From Octopus sinensis (Eukaryota), in NCBI RefSeq assembly GCF_006345805.1, contig NC_043000.1, forward strand, positions 134,416,001 to 134,480,000: 64,000 nt of DNA, read 5' to 3'. The translations under genes were made by a program, and so were the position numbers. The notes under the pieces were generated by a model. That model worked only from the letters and a program-made list of their open reading frames with translations. It did no database searches and was not told where the DNA came from. Shown in pieces: positions 37,201 through 48,890 of this stretch (positions within the stretch are counted from its first letter, which is position 1; each line of letters opens with the position of its first letter).

Positions 37201-38704
37201 GCCCACCACAGTAGATTTGATATTCTAAAACTACCTTCATAATGCTAGTCCATGACAGACTGTCCCACCTGTACCCCATCCTCTCTGCTCCAAATTTCAT
37301 CTCCTAACATCCATCACTTCTCTATCACCTGAGAGCAGAATAGGCACATACATCCCTCAGCCCCTACTTTCTCAACTACCTTTCTTCCCCACCCCAAAAC
37401 CACTGCTATCTCCCCTTATCTTCCCTTGCCTACTGTTTCGACCAATCACTTCCTTTCTGTGCCTTCTCGTCCCACCCTCGTACTGTTCTCCAACATTAAT
37501 ACCTCTTTTATCTGCTATCACCTTCAATGCCCTCACACACTGCAACCCCTGCCCCTGAGCTTCTCCTAGGTTTCTCTCCATCATTTGTTAGTCACCTCTA
37601 ACCTGTACACTCATCCAGTCCAAACCTTTGTACTACCTCACCTATTCTCACCACCCCTAAAGTCCCTCGAAGCCATGTTCCATCACAACAACTGATGATG
37701 TCGACCATCATCACTCTCACTACCGCTCTCCTTATCTTACTCTCTAACTCACTCTCCTTTCTTTTCCAACTGGGGTATCCATGTATCTACACCAAGACAC
37801 CTATCTCTGTCCATCTATACCTTTAATCTCTTGACTGGTACAAAGCCAACACCCTCAATACTACTACTTTCTCCTCCCAGTTGAGGAATTTTTTCCTTCC
37901 TTTGTCTAACAAAGTGGAGGCACGTAGCTTAGTGGTTAGGGTGTCAGCATCATGATCGTAATATTGTGGTTTCAATTCCTGGACCGGGCAACGCATTGTG
38001 TTCTTGAGCAAAACACTTCATTTCACGTTATCCCAGTCCACTCAGTTGGGGAACACATACGCCATAGAAACCGGGCCCATGAGCCTGGCTAGGCTTTAAA
38101 AGGGTGCATTTATTTTATTTATTATTTGTCTAACAAGGTACTTGGTAACCCTGTCAGTAATGGTAACAAATAGAAAAACACTGGTTAAATGATGATGATG
38201 ATGGTGTGTGTGCGTGTGTAATATGTCTCTCTACAGTTTTGCTTTCCTTCAAATAAAAATAATTTTCAAAATAATTTTGAATTCATAATATCAATTTCTG
38301 ATTACGTACTCCCAAGAAGGAAGGCCACAACTATTTCACTCTTCAAAATAATACATTAATACATTAAAATATCAAATGATTAAACATGTGGGTAATAAAA
38401 ATACTCGCAAATGCAATAAATTGCATTTGTTGAAACGTAACAGCATGCATCGAGTTAAGGAGATTTAATGAAGAAATACGTGAATATTTCAAAGAAGGAA
38501 GATATAGTTTAATATTTGATAAGTTGGGAGGTGGTGGATAAGAAAAATGGTACAATGATGAATTAAGCCCCTAGCACAATGTAATTTAATTCCTTAGGAA
38601 GCTCAGGTGGTTGTTGATATTGTCTAGCTGTGAGTCAATTTTGATCAAGCAGACCTATGGGCATATCTACACAAGTGTGCCCCCCAATATTGAATTTGTT
38701 TCCT

Positions 38705-39070
38705 CACCTTTTTGATCTCCATGTGTCCAACACACGTGGACATGCCTACAAAGTCAGAAAACAGCACAGCTCCCATGACTTTCGGAAACATTTTTTCACG
38801 CTCAGAGTTGCTGAAGCATGGAACAAACTGCCTGCGTCAGTTGTTGACTGCCATGACACTGCATCCTTTAAGGCTCTCATGCTTTCCGAAATCAGCCAAA
38901 ACTACACCTGATTGTCCCCCTTCCATACTCATACACATATGTGTATGTCATATGACTCATGCACTGTTCTTTTCCTGACGCTTGTACATTACCCTATGTA
39001 CTATACATACACTTTAGATGAGTTGTAGTGCACCTGAGCACTGTACACAATGTTTTATTATTATTATTAT
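38705..39070 (+). mobile_element. 3' end of CR1, subfamily with a longer 3' UTR
   Basis: Same coding end, with about 88 extra nt (38914-39001) in the 3' UTR relative to the other two copies. Confidence 0.92.
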
Positions 39071-39978
39071 AAAGACCCCTTTCAGTCATGAATGATGATG
39101 GGATTGCACACACACCATTGTCATCATCATCATCATCATCATCCTTTAACGAACATTTTCCAAGCTGGCATGGGTTGGACGTTTGACCAAAGCAGGTGAG
39201 CTCAAACCAGACTTCATTGTTTTGGCATTATTTCCATAGCTGAATGCCCTTCCTAATGCCAAGTACTTTGCAGAGTGTACTGGGTGCTTTTCTTGCACCC
39301 GCACCAGTGCTTTTCTTTTATTTATTACTATCACTGACAGAGTCACCAAGTACCATGTAAGACAAAGGAAGGCAAAAACTCCTCAACTGGGAGAGGAGAG
39401 TAGTAGTATTGAGGGTGTTGGCTTTATACCAATTGAGAGATTAAAGGTATACAGCATGGCTTTGAGTTAAGATGACTTAGTGAAGAAATATGTGAATATT
39501 TCAAAGAAGGAATATATAGTCTAATATTTGATAAGCTGGGGAGGTGGTGGATAAGAAAAATGGTACAATGATGAATTAAGCGCCTAGCACTATATAGTTT
39601 CATTCCTTACGAAGCTCGGCTGGTTGTTGATATTGTCTAGCTTTGAGTCAATTTTGATCAAGCAGACACTGAATTTGTTTCCTCATAAAGAGCCCCTTCA
39701 GTCATGAATGACCATGGATTGCACCTAGAAAGTTACTCTTCTGAGGCACAAGTCTGGGTAAGGCTGTTTATGGAAGACCAGTAGTCTCCCATGCATACCA
39801 GTCACACACCCAGCTTCAAGCCACGGATGTTATCCAAGGAGAAGGCAAAGGTCAACACAGCTTGGCACCAGTGATGTCACAACTCATTTCTACAGCTGAG
39901 TGATCTGAAGCAGCATGAAATAAAATATCTTATTTTCAGAAAAATGGATATTTTTTAATGAAATTTTCTGTAAATACC

Positions 39979-40269
39979 TTTCAGATGGTGCAGATTATGA
40001 TTAAATCTAAATTTATTGTGAAAATAAAATTTACTGGGTGCACTTGGGTGTTTTTTGTTCTTTTTTATTCTTTACAAGTTTCAGCTCAAGAGCTGAGGCC
40101 ATGCTACAGCACAGCTATTAATATACTGACACATATCGCATAATTTTTCAAAACTTCCAGATTTCATTTTGTAAATATATGTGATGTGTGTCAGTAATAC
40201 ATATGTGCATGCCCACCAAATTTTTGTCACATTAAATTCTGATATAATCTTATTCTACACCATCTGAAA
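39979..40269. mobile_element. Old palindromic MITE
   Basis: TTTCAGATGGTG / CACCATCTGAAA ends plus an inner inverted repeat ACTGACACATATCGCATA / TATGTGATGTGTGTCAGT. Confidence 0.6.
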
Positions 40270-40275
40270 AATACT

Positions 40276-40685
40276 TACTCTTTTAATTGTTTCAGTCATT
40301 TGACTGCGGCCATGCTGGAGCAATGCCTTTAGTCGAGCAAATCGACCCCGGGGCTTGTTCTTTGTAAGCCCAGTACTTATTCTATCAGTCTCTTTTGCCG
40401 AACCGCTAAGTTACGGGGACGTAAACACACCAGCATCGGTTGTCAAGCAATGCTAGAGGGACAAACACAGACACACAAACATATACACACACATACATAT
40501 ATATATATATACATACATATATACAACGGGCTTCTTTCAGTTTCTGTCTACCAAATCCACTCACAAGGCTTTGGTCAGCCCGAGGCTATAGTAGAAGACA
40601 CCTGTCTAAGGTGCCACACAGTGGGACTGAACCCGGAACCATGTGGTTGGTAAGCAAGCTACTTACCCCACAGTCACTCCTGCAC
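40276..40685 (-). mobile_element. SINE family A
   Basis: Full copy, reverse orientation. Confidence 0.92.
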
Positions 40686-41843
40686 TTGTAGAAAATTTCA
40701 TTACAAAAAAAATATTTATTTTTCTGAAAGTTACAAGAAAATAAATTCGGATTGTGACACACCTGCTGGGTATATCAAACTATGATCCCTTATTGGCTTA
40801 TCCTGTTGAGAATGATTAATTTAGTACCAGTAATGATCAGTGGTTGATTCAGTTGACTGTATACATCTTTCCTACAAATGTGTAGCATTCTGCCAAAGTC
40901 AGAAATCTATGTTTGATAATTTAATAACAGAATTTGATATATAATATCCTGTTTGCTAATTTAAATTAAATAAGAGACAATTTGATATTTGATATCTTTG
41001 TTTATTTTCATAACTATTAAGAATGAGAAAATAAAGATTATTTCTCTCCAAAATTAAGAAACAAATATATGTCATTCTTGTAATATAAATTATATTTTCA
41101 TAAAAAGAAACAATTTAGAATTTATTGTAGTAACTTTCTAAAAATATTGCCATTAGATATTGGTATCATACATTTCCATTTAAACATATAATCATATGGT
41201 GGATAGGAATGGGTAATAATAGAATTTGCAAATGGCTGCAAATGGGAAATGAAATTTAAGAATTATGATTAGATCTTTGAAGAATATAGATTAAATGATT
41301 TCTCCAAGCTGCCACATAATTCACTAAGCATACATAACATTATTTATTTATTCCAAAGCCATGGAAAACAAATAGATATTTTTTGAATTTTTGATAAAAT
41401 ATATTCAATACAAAGGAATGTTTAAAAATTGTAAATATAAAAGATATTAAAGAAAACAATTTTAAATAGGTGATTAATTAGCCTTTTAATTATATCTTTG
41501 TATTTTAGTTTTACTTAATGGTAGTTTTACTTAATGGTATATTTTTCAAAAAATTTCAGGTGCCATGACACACGCAATTTTGTTGAAGTGGATTTGCCAG
41601 ATCCACCTCTTGTCACCTACCCCCACCTTTTCCCATCAAAGTTAAAATTTACCCATAAGCAGACATGTTTTCATAGAAGACACTGGTTGCATGATGGTGA
41701 CGCTCATTTACAACTATTACACAAACTCAAGGCAAGAACACTGAACTTGAAACCATGTAGTTGGGAAACAAACTTCTCACCACACAGCCACAAACATACA
41801 GACATATCTATACATTATTTAGTCAACAATCTACACAAAATTA

Positions 41844-42050
41844 CAGAGATGTACTTGCATAGCATGTGACCTGATCTGAGATCGTGTGCTGGAACGAAAA
41901 CAATTGCAGCGTGGAAGGTGTTTATAAGCCATTTAAGAAACACACAAAAACCGTTAGATTCACTTCAACATTTAAATTTAATTTGTCAAAATATTTTCGG
42001 CGCTTTGAGACCGCGACCTGTTCACTGACAGGTGAATTCTGTGCTACATC
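41844..42050. mobile_element. 207-bp insertion with a 14-bp target-site duplication
   Basis: TCTACACAAAATTA at 41830-41843 and 42051-42064; CpG-retaining interior. Confidence 0.8.
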
Positions 42051-42147
42051 TCTACACAAAATTATTAATTAAACAGTAGAGTGTGAATTCCTTGCAATCA
42101 ATATTTTCACAAAATAAATATAAGACAAAATAAATATAATGACTTAC

Positions 42148-42275
42148 CAATACAAGATTTCATTAGCATCGTGGTATTCATAGCGGACAGTACGGCAGAG
42201 AGCTTTCAATGCCGATTCTCTTGATAAGGATAATGCTTCCATTCCATGGAGGTAAGAGTAAATGATATCCAGATC
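42148..42275 (-). CDS. RAPGEF2: Internal coding exon of PDZ-GEF (Rap guanine nucleotide exchange factor 2/6 orthologue), N-terminal cNMP-binding-like domain
   Basis: Minus strand reads atttattcttttag|GATCTGGAT...TTGTATTG|gtaagt; 128 nt, phase 0 to phase 2, no stops. Translation DLDIIYSYLHGMEALSLSRESALKALCRTVRYEYHDANEILY(C/W) matches the RAPGEF2/6 N-terminal motif DLxxIYSYLHGMExLSxLRExxLRxxCxxVRYExHxANEVLY as I recall it. The supplied ORF track shows a different frame here (42178..42414). Confidence 0.93.
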
Positions 42276-42411
42276 CTAAAAGAATAAATGCATTGAGATG
42301 AAAACCCATGGTAACCAAATAACATTGATAATAGATAATAAATATATTACGCAATAAGTCAAACAGTCGATGATGACTTCTAAAAATATTCAAAGAAACT
42401 AATTCATTGGT

Positions 42412-42573
42412 CAATAGTGTAGCTAATAGAGAGGGAAGGGGTTCAGTACAACCCAGGGTGATGTTTTTAATGGGGCAACACCCTTGGGTTCACCGTATAA
42501 GCCTGTAGGCTTGGGCACCCCAAGGGGATGGTGCGAATTCAAGAGTAGCCCTTACACTCTAGCTACGTCATTG
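42412..42573. mobile_element. hAT-type MITE
   Basis: Imperfect TIRs CAATAGTGTAGCTA / TAGCTACGTCATTG with 8-bp flanks TCATTGGT / CTATTGGT. Confidence 0.6.
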
Positions 42574-43184
42574 CTATTGGTGCAGCAACAGGCAAAGTAC
42601 TCCTTACTCTAAGTCAAGACCGATGTGGTTCCATATTTCTGATACTCAAGAGTAAAAAACAATAACATTCTGGAATAAATAAGGCCTAGAGAAGTTGCTC
42701 TGAAACTTATTTTGTAACAGAACCTTTTATTTGATTTTCCAAAAACCACAGGGACCATAAATCTATTTTACAGGCAAAACCCTGCAAGCCTAATTTTTAT
42801 AAGAAATTAAATAAAATTAAAAATTGTTCTTGAGAAAGTATCTGTATAAAAATAAAATGTATAATAGCATATTTTGAAAATAGGGGGGAAAAAAAGGGCA
42901 TGTCATTGATGAGGTTACTAATGGTAACAAAAGAACTTTGACAAATCTGATTGATTGTTTGACCAAATGATTAATTAAACAATTGATTAGTTAAAGTGTG
43001 AAATATTAACTAATTGATTAATGATTAATAAAAGAAGTGATACAGAACCAGTTCATGTGTTTATTATTGGCATAATAACACTCCTGATATACAAATATTT
43101 ATTAAATTTTATTAAGAGCCACCTTACTTATATGGAACACCAGAATTTTTACCTGGAACCCACTTTGGGAAACAATGGTCAGAG

Positions 43185-43899
43185 CAGTGGTTCTCAACCA
43201 GGGTCCATCTGGCTCTTGGGCCATCATCATTTAACGTCTGCTTTCCATGCTAGCATGGGTTGGACGATTTGACTGAGGACTGGCAAACCAGATGGCTGCA
43301 CCAGGCTCCAATCTTGATTTGGCAGAGTTTCTACAGCTGGATGCCCTTCCTAACGCCAACCACTCCGAGAGTGTAGTGGGTGCTTTTACATGCCACCAGC
43401 ACAAGGTTCAGTCAGGCGGTACTGGCAACGGTCACGGAAAATCATGTTTTTTTTTTGTTTTTTTTTTTTTTGTTTTTTACGTGTCACCTGCACACCGGCA
43501 CAAGTGCCAGTTAGCCGCTCTGGCAACGATCACACTCGGATGGTGCTCTTAGTGCTCCACTAGCACAGATGCCAGTCATCGAATTTGATTTCAATTTCGA
43601 TTTCACTTGCCTCAACAGGTCTTCGCAAGCAGTGTCCAATGAAGGGAAGGTACACATAAGTGGGCTGGTTACACCTCTGGCTTAGGCTACAGGTGTCCAT
43701 ATAAAATGTTAAAATTAATGTACAATAAATTGCTTATACTTCTAGAATACACAAAATATTAAAAAAAATTTTATACAACTCCTAAAAATATTTACCTATA
43801 AAAACACAAGAATTTTTCTCTTTAGATACATCAAAAGGCTATGGGGGTCCAGTAGCGTAAAATAGAATCAAAAGAGCAAAAAATGATTGAGAACCTCTA
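43185..43899. mobile_element. hAT-Charlie-like MITE interrupted by a SINE
   Basis: CAGTGGTTCTCAAC left TIR, degenerate TTGAGAACCTCTA right TIR, flanks GGTCAGAG / GTCTAGAG. Confidence 0.55.
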
Positions 43900-45201
43900 G
43901 TCTAGAGAGGCAAACTACATCATTGGCAGTATTTCATAGTTCAGAATTAAAAATACTATTTAGATTTTTATCAATCAAAAGGAAAATAAATACCTATAAC
44001 ATAAATCACATAACTAAACTATACTTGCTTTTAAAAGTACCTTCCCCAAGTAAAAAAAAAATAATAAGATAAAATAAAAAGGAATTAATATATGATAGAA
44101 AATATTTTGTATTTTAAAGAGATCTTTTACTGATTTTTGTATATAAAATATCTGAAAATAATAGACTGTGTTGCCAGTCTATTCAACAATATCTATTGAT
44201 TAGTGAACGATATAATTGATGCAATCAAATTTAAATACTTTTGACTGAAAATAATATTTAATCTCCTGTAGTGTTTACATTGTTATTTGACCCTCCTTTA
44301 CAGAAGAAAGGGACAATTGAATGAAATTAAAGCCGTGTTTAGCTTAAATTGTTGAAGTAATTAAAGGAGAAAAAGAGTTTCAGAAAGGTGTAATTAGAGG
44401 AAAAGATTGCAGAAAGTGCAAATCACAAAAGTAGTCCTATGATGAAAAAACATTCCATCTGTGACTATCATATCATCTTTTCAGATATAGTCCATCATTA
44501 CTCTATGGCTTCTCTTTTTTACAAGATGATAGGATGTGATTTAAGGAGATTTGACTGCTATTTCTAGTAAGTTGAGTAGCCATGTACAGGCAATGTTTTG
44601 CAAGTGTGTTATGTAACTGGTGTGCTAAAGTGAACGGCAGCTATTACATGTTATCTGTGCATGTTTAAATAAACTTTCAATTAGAAGTTTCTTTTGTTTG
44701 TTTTGCTGCTTGATGGAAGTTATGACTAAGTAGCTTCATATTGTCTAAATGGTTTATAATTCATGTGAATGTGATATAAATTTGGCAAATTCAGAGTTGA
44801 AGTTATTCTGGTGGAAATAGAGACTTAGAGAACAGACTCAATCTGAGGGTAGGTTTTGGAGAGTGCAGCCTTGTCCTTCAGTTGAGTATTCTTTATTTGA
44901 TGCAGTCTAAGATAAGTGTGTACGTATGTTGTGTGTTTTTACCATTGTTATAAATGTCCCCTTTTCCATGCTTGATTAGTAAACAAGAATGCATTCAGAC
45001 ATGTTTTCTACAGCCAGATGCCCTTCCTGTTGCCAACTCTCACCTATCTCCAAGTGAGATAATATTTCCCTTTGACCAGACATGTTTTCATAGAAGACTG
45101 AAAATGAATAACACAACTTGTACAACAATGATGCTTGGTCAAAACTATAATGTGATGTCACGACACGGAGATACAAGTAACCATAATGCACACACATTTT
45201 A

Positions 45202-45234
<33 letters not shown>

Positions 45235-46544
45235 CATCCTCATCATCATCGTTTAACATCCATTTTCCATACTGGAATGGGTTGGATGGTTTGACTGGGG
45301 ATTGGCAAGCTGGGAAGCTGCACCAGGCTTCAATCTGATCTGGCAATGTTTCTACAGCTGGATGTCCTTCCTAATGCCAACCACTCTGAGAGTATAGTGG
45401 GTGCTTTTTACATGCCAATGGCACAGGAGCCAGTCAGGCAGTACTGGCATCAACTATGTTCGGATGGTGCTTTGCACGTGCTACAGGCACAGGAGCCAGT
45501 GAGGTGTTTTTTACATACCACCAGCACGGGGAGCCAGTCAGGCGGCACTGGCAATGACCCACGCATGAATGGTGCTTATAGCATGCCACCAGCATGGGAG
45601 TTAGTCAGGCAGCACTCACATCATCCACAACTACAATTTCCATTTGATCATGATGTAATTTGATTTGATTTTGATTTTGATTTTACTTGATTCAATAGGT
45701 CTCCTCAAGCACGGCACATCACCCGATTATTCAAAGGTACTCTTTAAATGGGATGGTTATGCAACACTGGTGTAGGCTACCAAGTCAAAACTGATAATGG
45801 AATTTAGTGCAGCCCCTGATCTTGTCAGTTCCTGTCAAGCCAGCCAATTCATGCCAGCATGGAAAACAGACATTAAATGTTGATGATGATCAACACACAT
45901 ACATATGCACATGTGCACGCGCACACACTGAGCTTCTTTCAGTTTTTATCTACCCAATCCATGCACAAGCTTTATGGGTGACCTGAGGTTATAGTAGCAG
46001 CTTTTTTTCAGTGGAAGTATTTTGAGGCTCTGAAGAGGAAAATAAGGCTTTGTGATTGTCTAGTCCTTGTGAAGTAAATGTGGCCTCTACAAGAGATTGT
46101 AAGAAATCAATAAGATTGATATTTGTAAGGCTTGTGAGAGTTTGTTTGTGTATTATTTATGAGTGGAAATATCAGCAGTTTGATACCAATCGAAGGCTTT
46201 TAGTGCAGCTGGAGAAGATTAACTCATGGTTAGCAGATTAACATGTTCACTTCACAACTACACAGCTTCTGGTTTGATTTCCCTGTACAGCATTTCATGT
46301 ATTTTCTACCGTAACCTCAGGATGAGCAATGCTTTGTGAATAGAACTTGGTAGTCAGAAATTATGTGAAATGTCATTGTATAAATATGTTTGTGTACTCT
46401 TAGCAATGCATATCTTTCAGCAAAGGATGTAAACATCAGAACAAAAACTGAGAAAAGTTGTGTTTTCAAAAATATTTTTATGTGATATTTTTCTGCCAAA
46501 TTAGAAACACTCCCTCATCACGTTTACCAGCATAACTGCAGCAA

Positions 46545-46695
46545 ACCAGTGATTGGCTCATTGTAAACATGTAACTAATTACATTATTGTTCAGAAAATG
46601 CAATATAAAATGAACGAATGAAAACAAATCCCTTTTGCTAGTACTGAGCGAAAATTGTATCTGATAGATGACCTATGACCTGGCCAATAAAACAA
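46545..46695. promoter_or_regulatory. Candidate intronic enhancer (Fox, GATA, nuclear-receptor DR1, Cdx/Hox13 motifs)
   Basis: TGTAAACA 46562-46569, TGATAG 46662-46667, TGACCTATGACCT 46669-46681, GGCCAATAAAA 46682-46692, in unique sequence. Confidence 0.35.
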
Positions 46696-46724
46696 ATGCA
46701 GCAAAATATCAGGCCCAGCATACA

Positions 46725-46805
46725 CACATATACACACCACATTGTTCATAAATACATATACACACCACATTGTTCATAAATACATATACACACTACATTG
46801 TTATG
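46725..46805. repeat. 28-bp minisatellite, about 3 copies
   Basis: ATACATATACACACCACATTGTTCATAA repeated. Confidence 0.9.
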
Positions 46806-47507
46806 TTTAGCTGTTTATTCTATTGTATAGTATTTTAGGGTGAAGCAGCTCTGGCAATCCAGCTCAAAGGTTTGACTTGATGACAGGCCCCTGAGAGAAA
46901 TTTAGCAAAGCAGAACAAAACTGCTTGTGAGGCCCCAGCAGTGAGGAGTACTCTCTCAAAATTCAAAAGTTTCTAGATTTTATTTAGGGATGAGCCTAAA
47001 AGACAGTTAGGGGCCATTCCTTGATTTTCCAGGTCTTTGAATGATGTATGAGCTGAATCTCTATTTGAGGGTTATCAACTTTGATATTAGCATTTTGTTT
47101 GTTTATACAGGTTCACATAACTCCATTATCTTACTTCTAAATAAACTATAAAATAAATGTATGGTGAGGTCCTCAACCTTTATGTATTTGTGTTTGCCAT
47201 GCATCCAAAGTTTTAGAATTATATAACTCCTTAGCATCACAACATAAATTATGTCTATCCTTCAAAAATTCCATGCCTCCTAAAATTCACTAACACTAAT
47301 TCTTCTGATGTACCACTTGCACCTTTTCTTTTTAAGTTCTTTTAGTGTTCCCTTTTCCATCTTTTTGTGTTTTATTCTGTGTACCATGCACACACACTTT
47401 CAGCTTTCATTGGTGTCTTTCTTTACTTCGCTTATTGCTACTTTCCGTGCCCTCTTTTACCCTTTTCCAGTAATTTGTTCTATATCTGAGCATTGTATAC
47501 AGCTTAA

Positions 47508-47728
47508 CCCTTTCGTTACTGTATTTATTTTGAGATGTTCTGTATTTCTTTCAATTACTTTAAATATAACAAAGAATTTAGTAAAATAACTTAGTTATCA
47601 TTCAGCTTGTATCAGGAACATAAATTGTGAATAAGGTTTGGTGGAAGATTTCAATTGAAACCTTAAGAAAACAAGACATTTGTACAACAGAGCCAGAGCC
47701 GGTTTCAGCCGGGTTGGTAACAAAAGGG
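47508..47728. mobile_element. piggyBac-like MITE, family P1
   Basis: Same sequence as 16401-16619; TTAA TSDs. Confidence 0.85.
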
Positions 47729-48519
47729 TTAATTTAACATTTTGGGAAAGTTATTGCCTAGATCAACCTGAGCAGTGTAAATTGTGTCATGTCACATCTA
47801 AACAATTTATGTTGAAGAAACAGAATGAGAAAAGAATTATATCCTACAATCAACAGATACATAATTCAAATCCCAGGCAAAATCAAAATTATCATTGTTC
47901 CCATTGCAACTTCATGGCCAAATCCATACCTGGACTCAAATTACATTCATGCATCCATCGCTTCTTTTATATTTAATCCTTCCTTTCTTTCATTTTCTTT
48001 TTAAACCTTTCCTTCAATGAAAGTGACCATCATCATTATTATCAGTATTATTAAACATATCACATTACATTAAAATTCCTTAACCAAACAGAAATTCAAT
48101 TTATCACAGTCTTGTTTAATAACATTCACTGAATCAGTGTGCAGCTGCATATAATAAATTCACTTTCAGAACTGACTTAAGTATTTCACGTATTGTACTT
48201 TATCATTTTGGTACATAAGAACTAGTACTTAAAACAACACCAACACACTCCAAACTAACTCCACAAAAGATAATATATTTTAATAGGTAAACATTAAGTT
48301 AGAAGTTATTACTCAAAATTCTCTCTTGACAAGTTTAAAAAAATCAAAACACCAGATGTATTCTTGGTTGAAATATAGTCACAAAATGAATAAACATGAT
48401 TCTTGGTTAAAAGGTTCTTAACAAATTATGATTCTATTTAGCTGGATGGCTTTCTCTAGCTATTTGTTTTATCTAATTTGATCTACATACTACTTAAACT
48501 TAGATATGTTTCGACCAAA

Positions 48520-48890
48520 GATTGGTCCAGGCCATGTCTAACTTAATAGCACCACCTGATAGGCTTGTCTAAATCCTGTTTAAGTCAAGTTTTGTTTATG
48601 GTCCATTCAAGTAGTGAGTTGTATCCAGGTATGGGTGGCTTATCTGGTATTCCTTGAAGAAATCTGTCCAGACTCTGTTTAAAGGTGATGAGATCCTTTA
48701 CCTCTTTGATCTCTTTTTAAACAGGGCAGGGCCTGTTGAGGAAAAGAAATTATGTCGCAGTGTACCTATATGCTGTGATCCTGAATTGGGCAGGGGATGT
48801 ATGTTCAGGTCATTTGAGCAATGCTGGTGGTATATTCTCCACATATGCTTAGGGTCATATTTTGAATTAATTTTAGATTAATTACATTAA
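48520..48890 (-). mobile_element. Old CR1/L2-like LINE 3' end
   Basis: Minus strand reads GTLRHNFFSSTGPALF...IPDKPPIPGYNSLLEW, typical of LINE C-termini. Confidence 0.6.
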
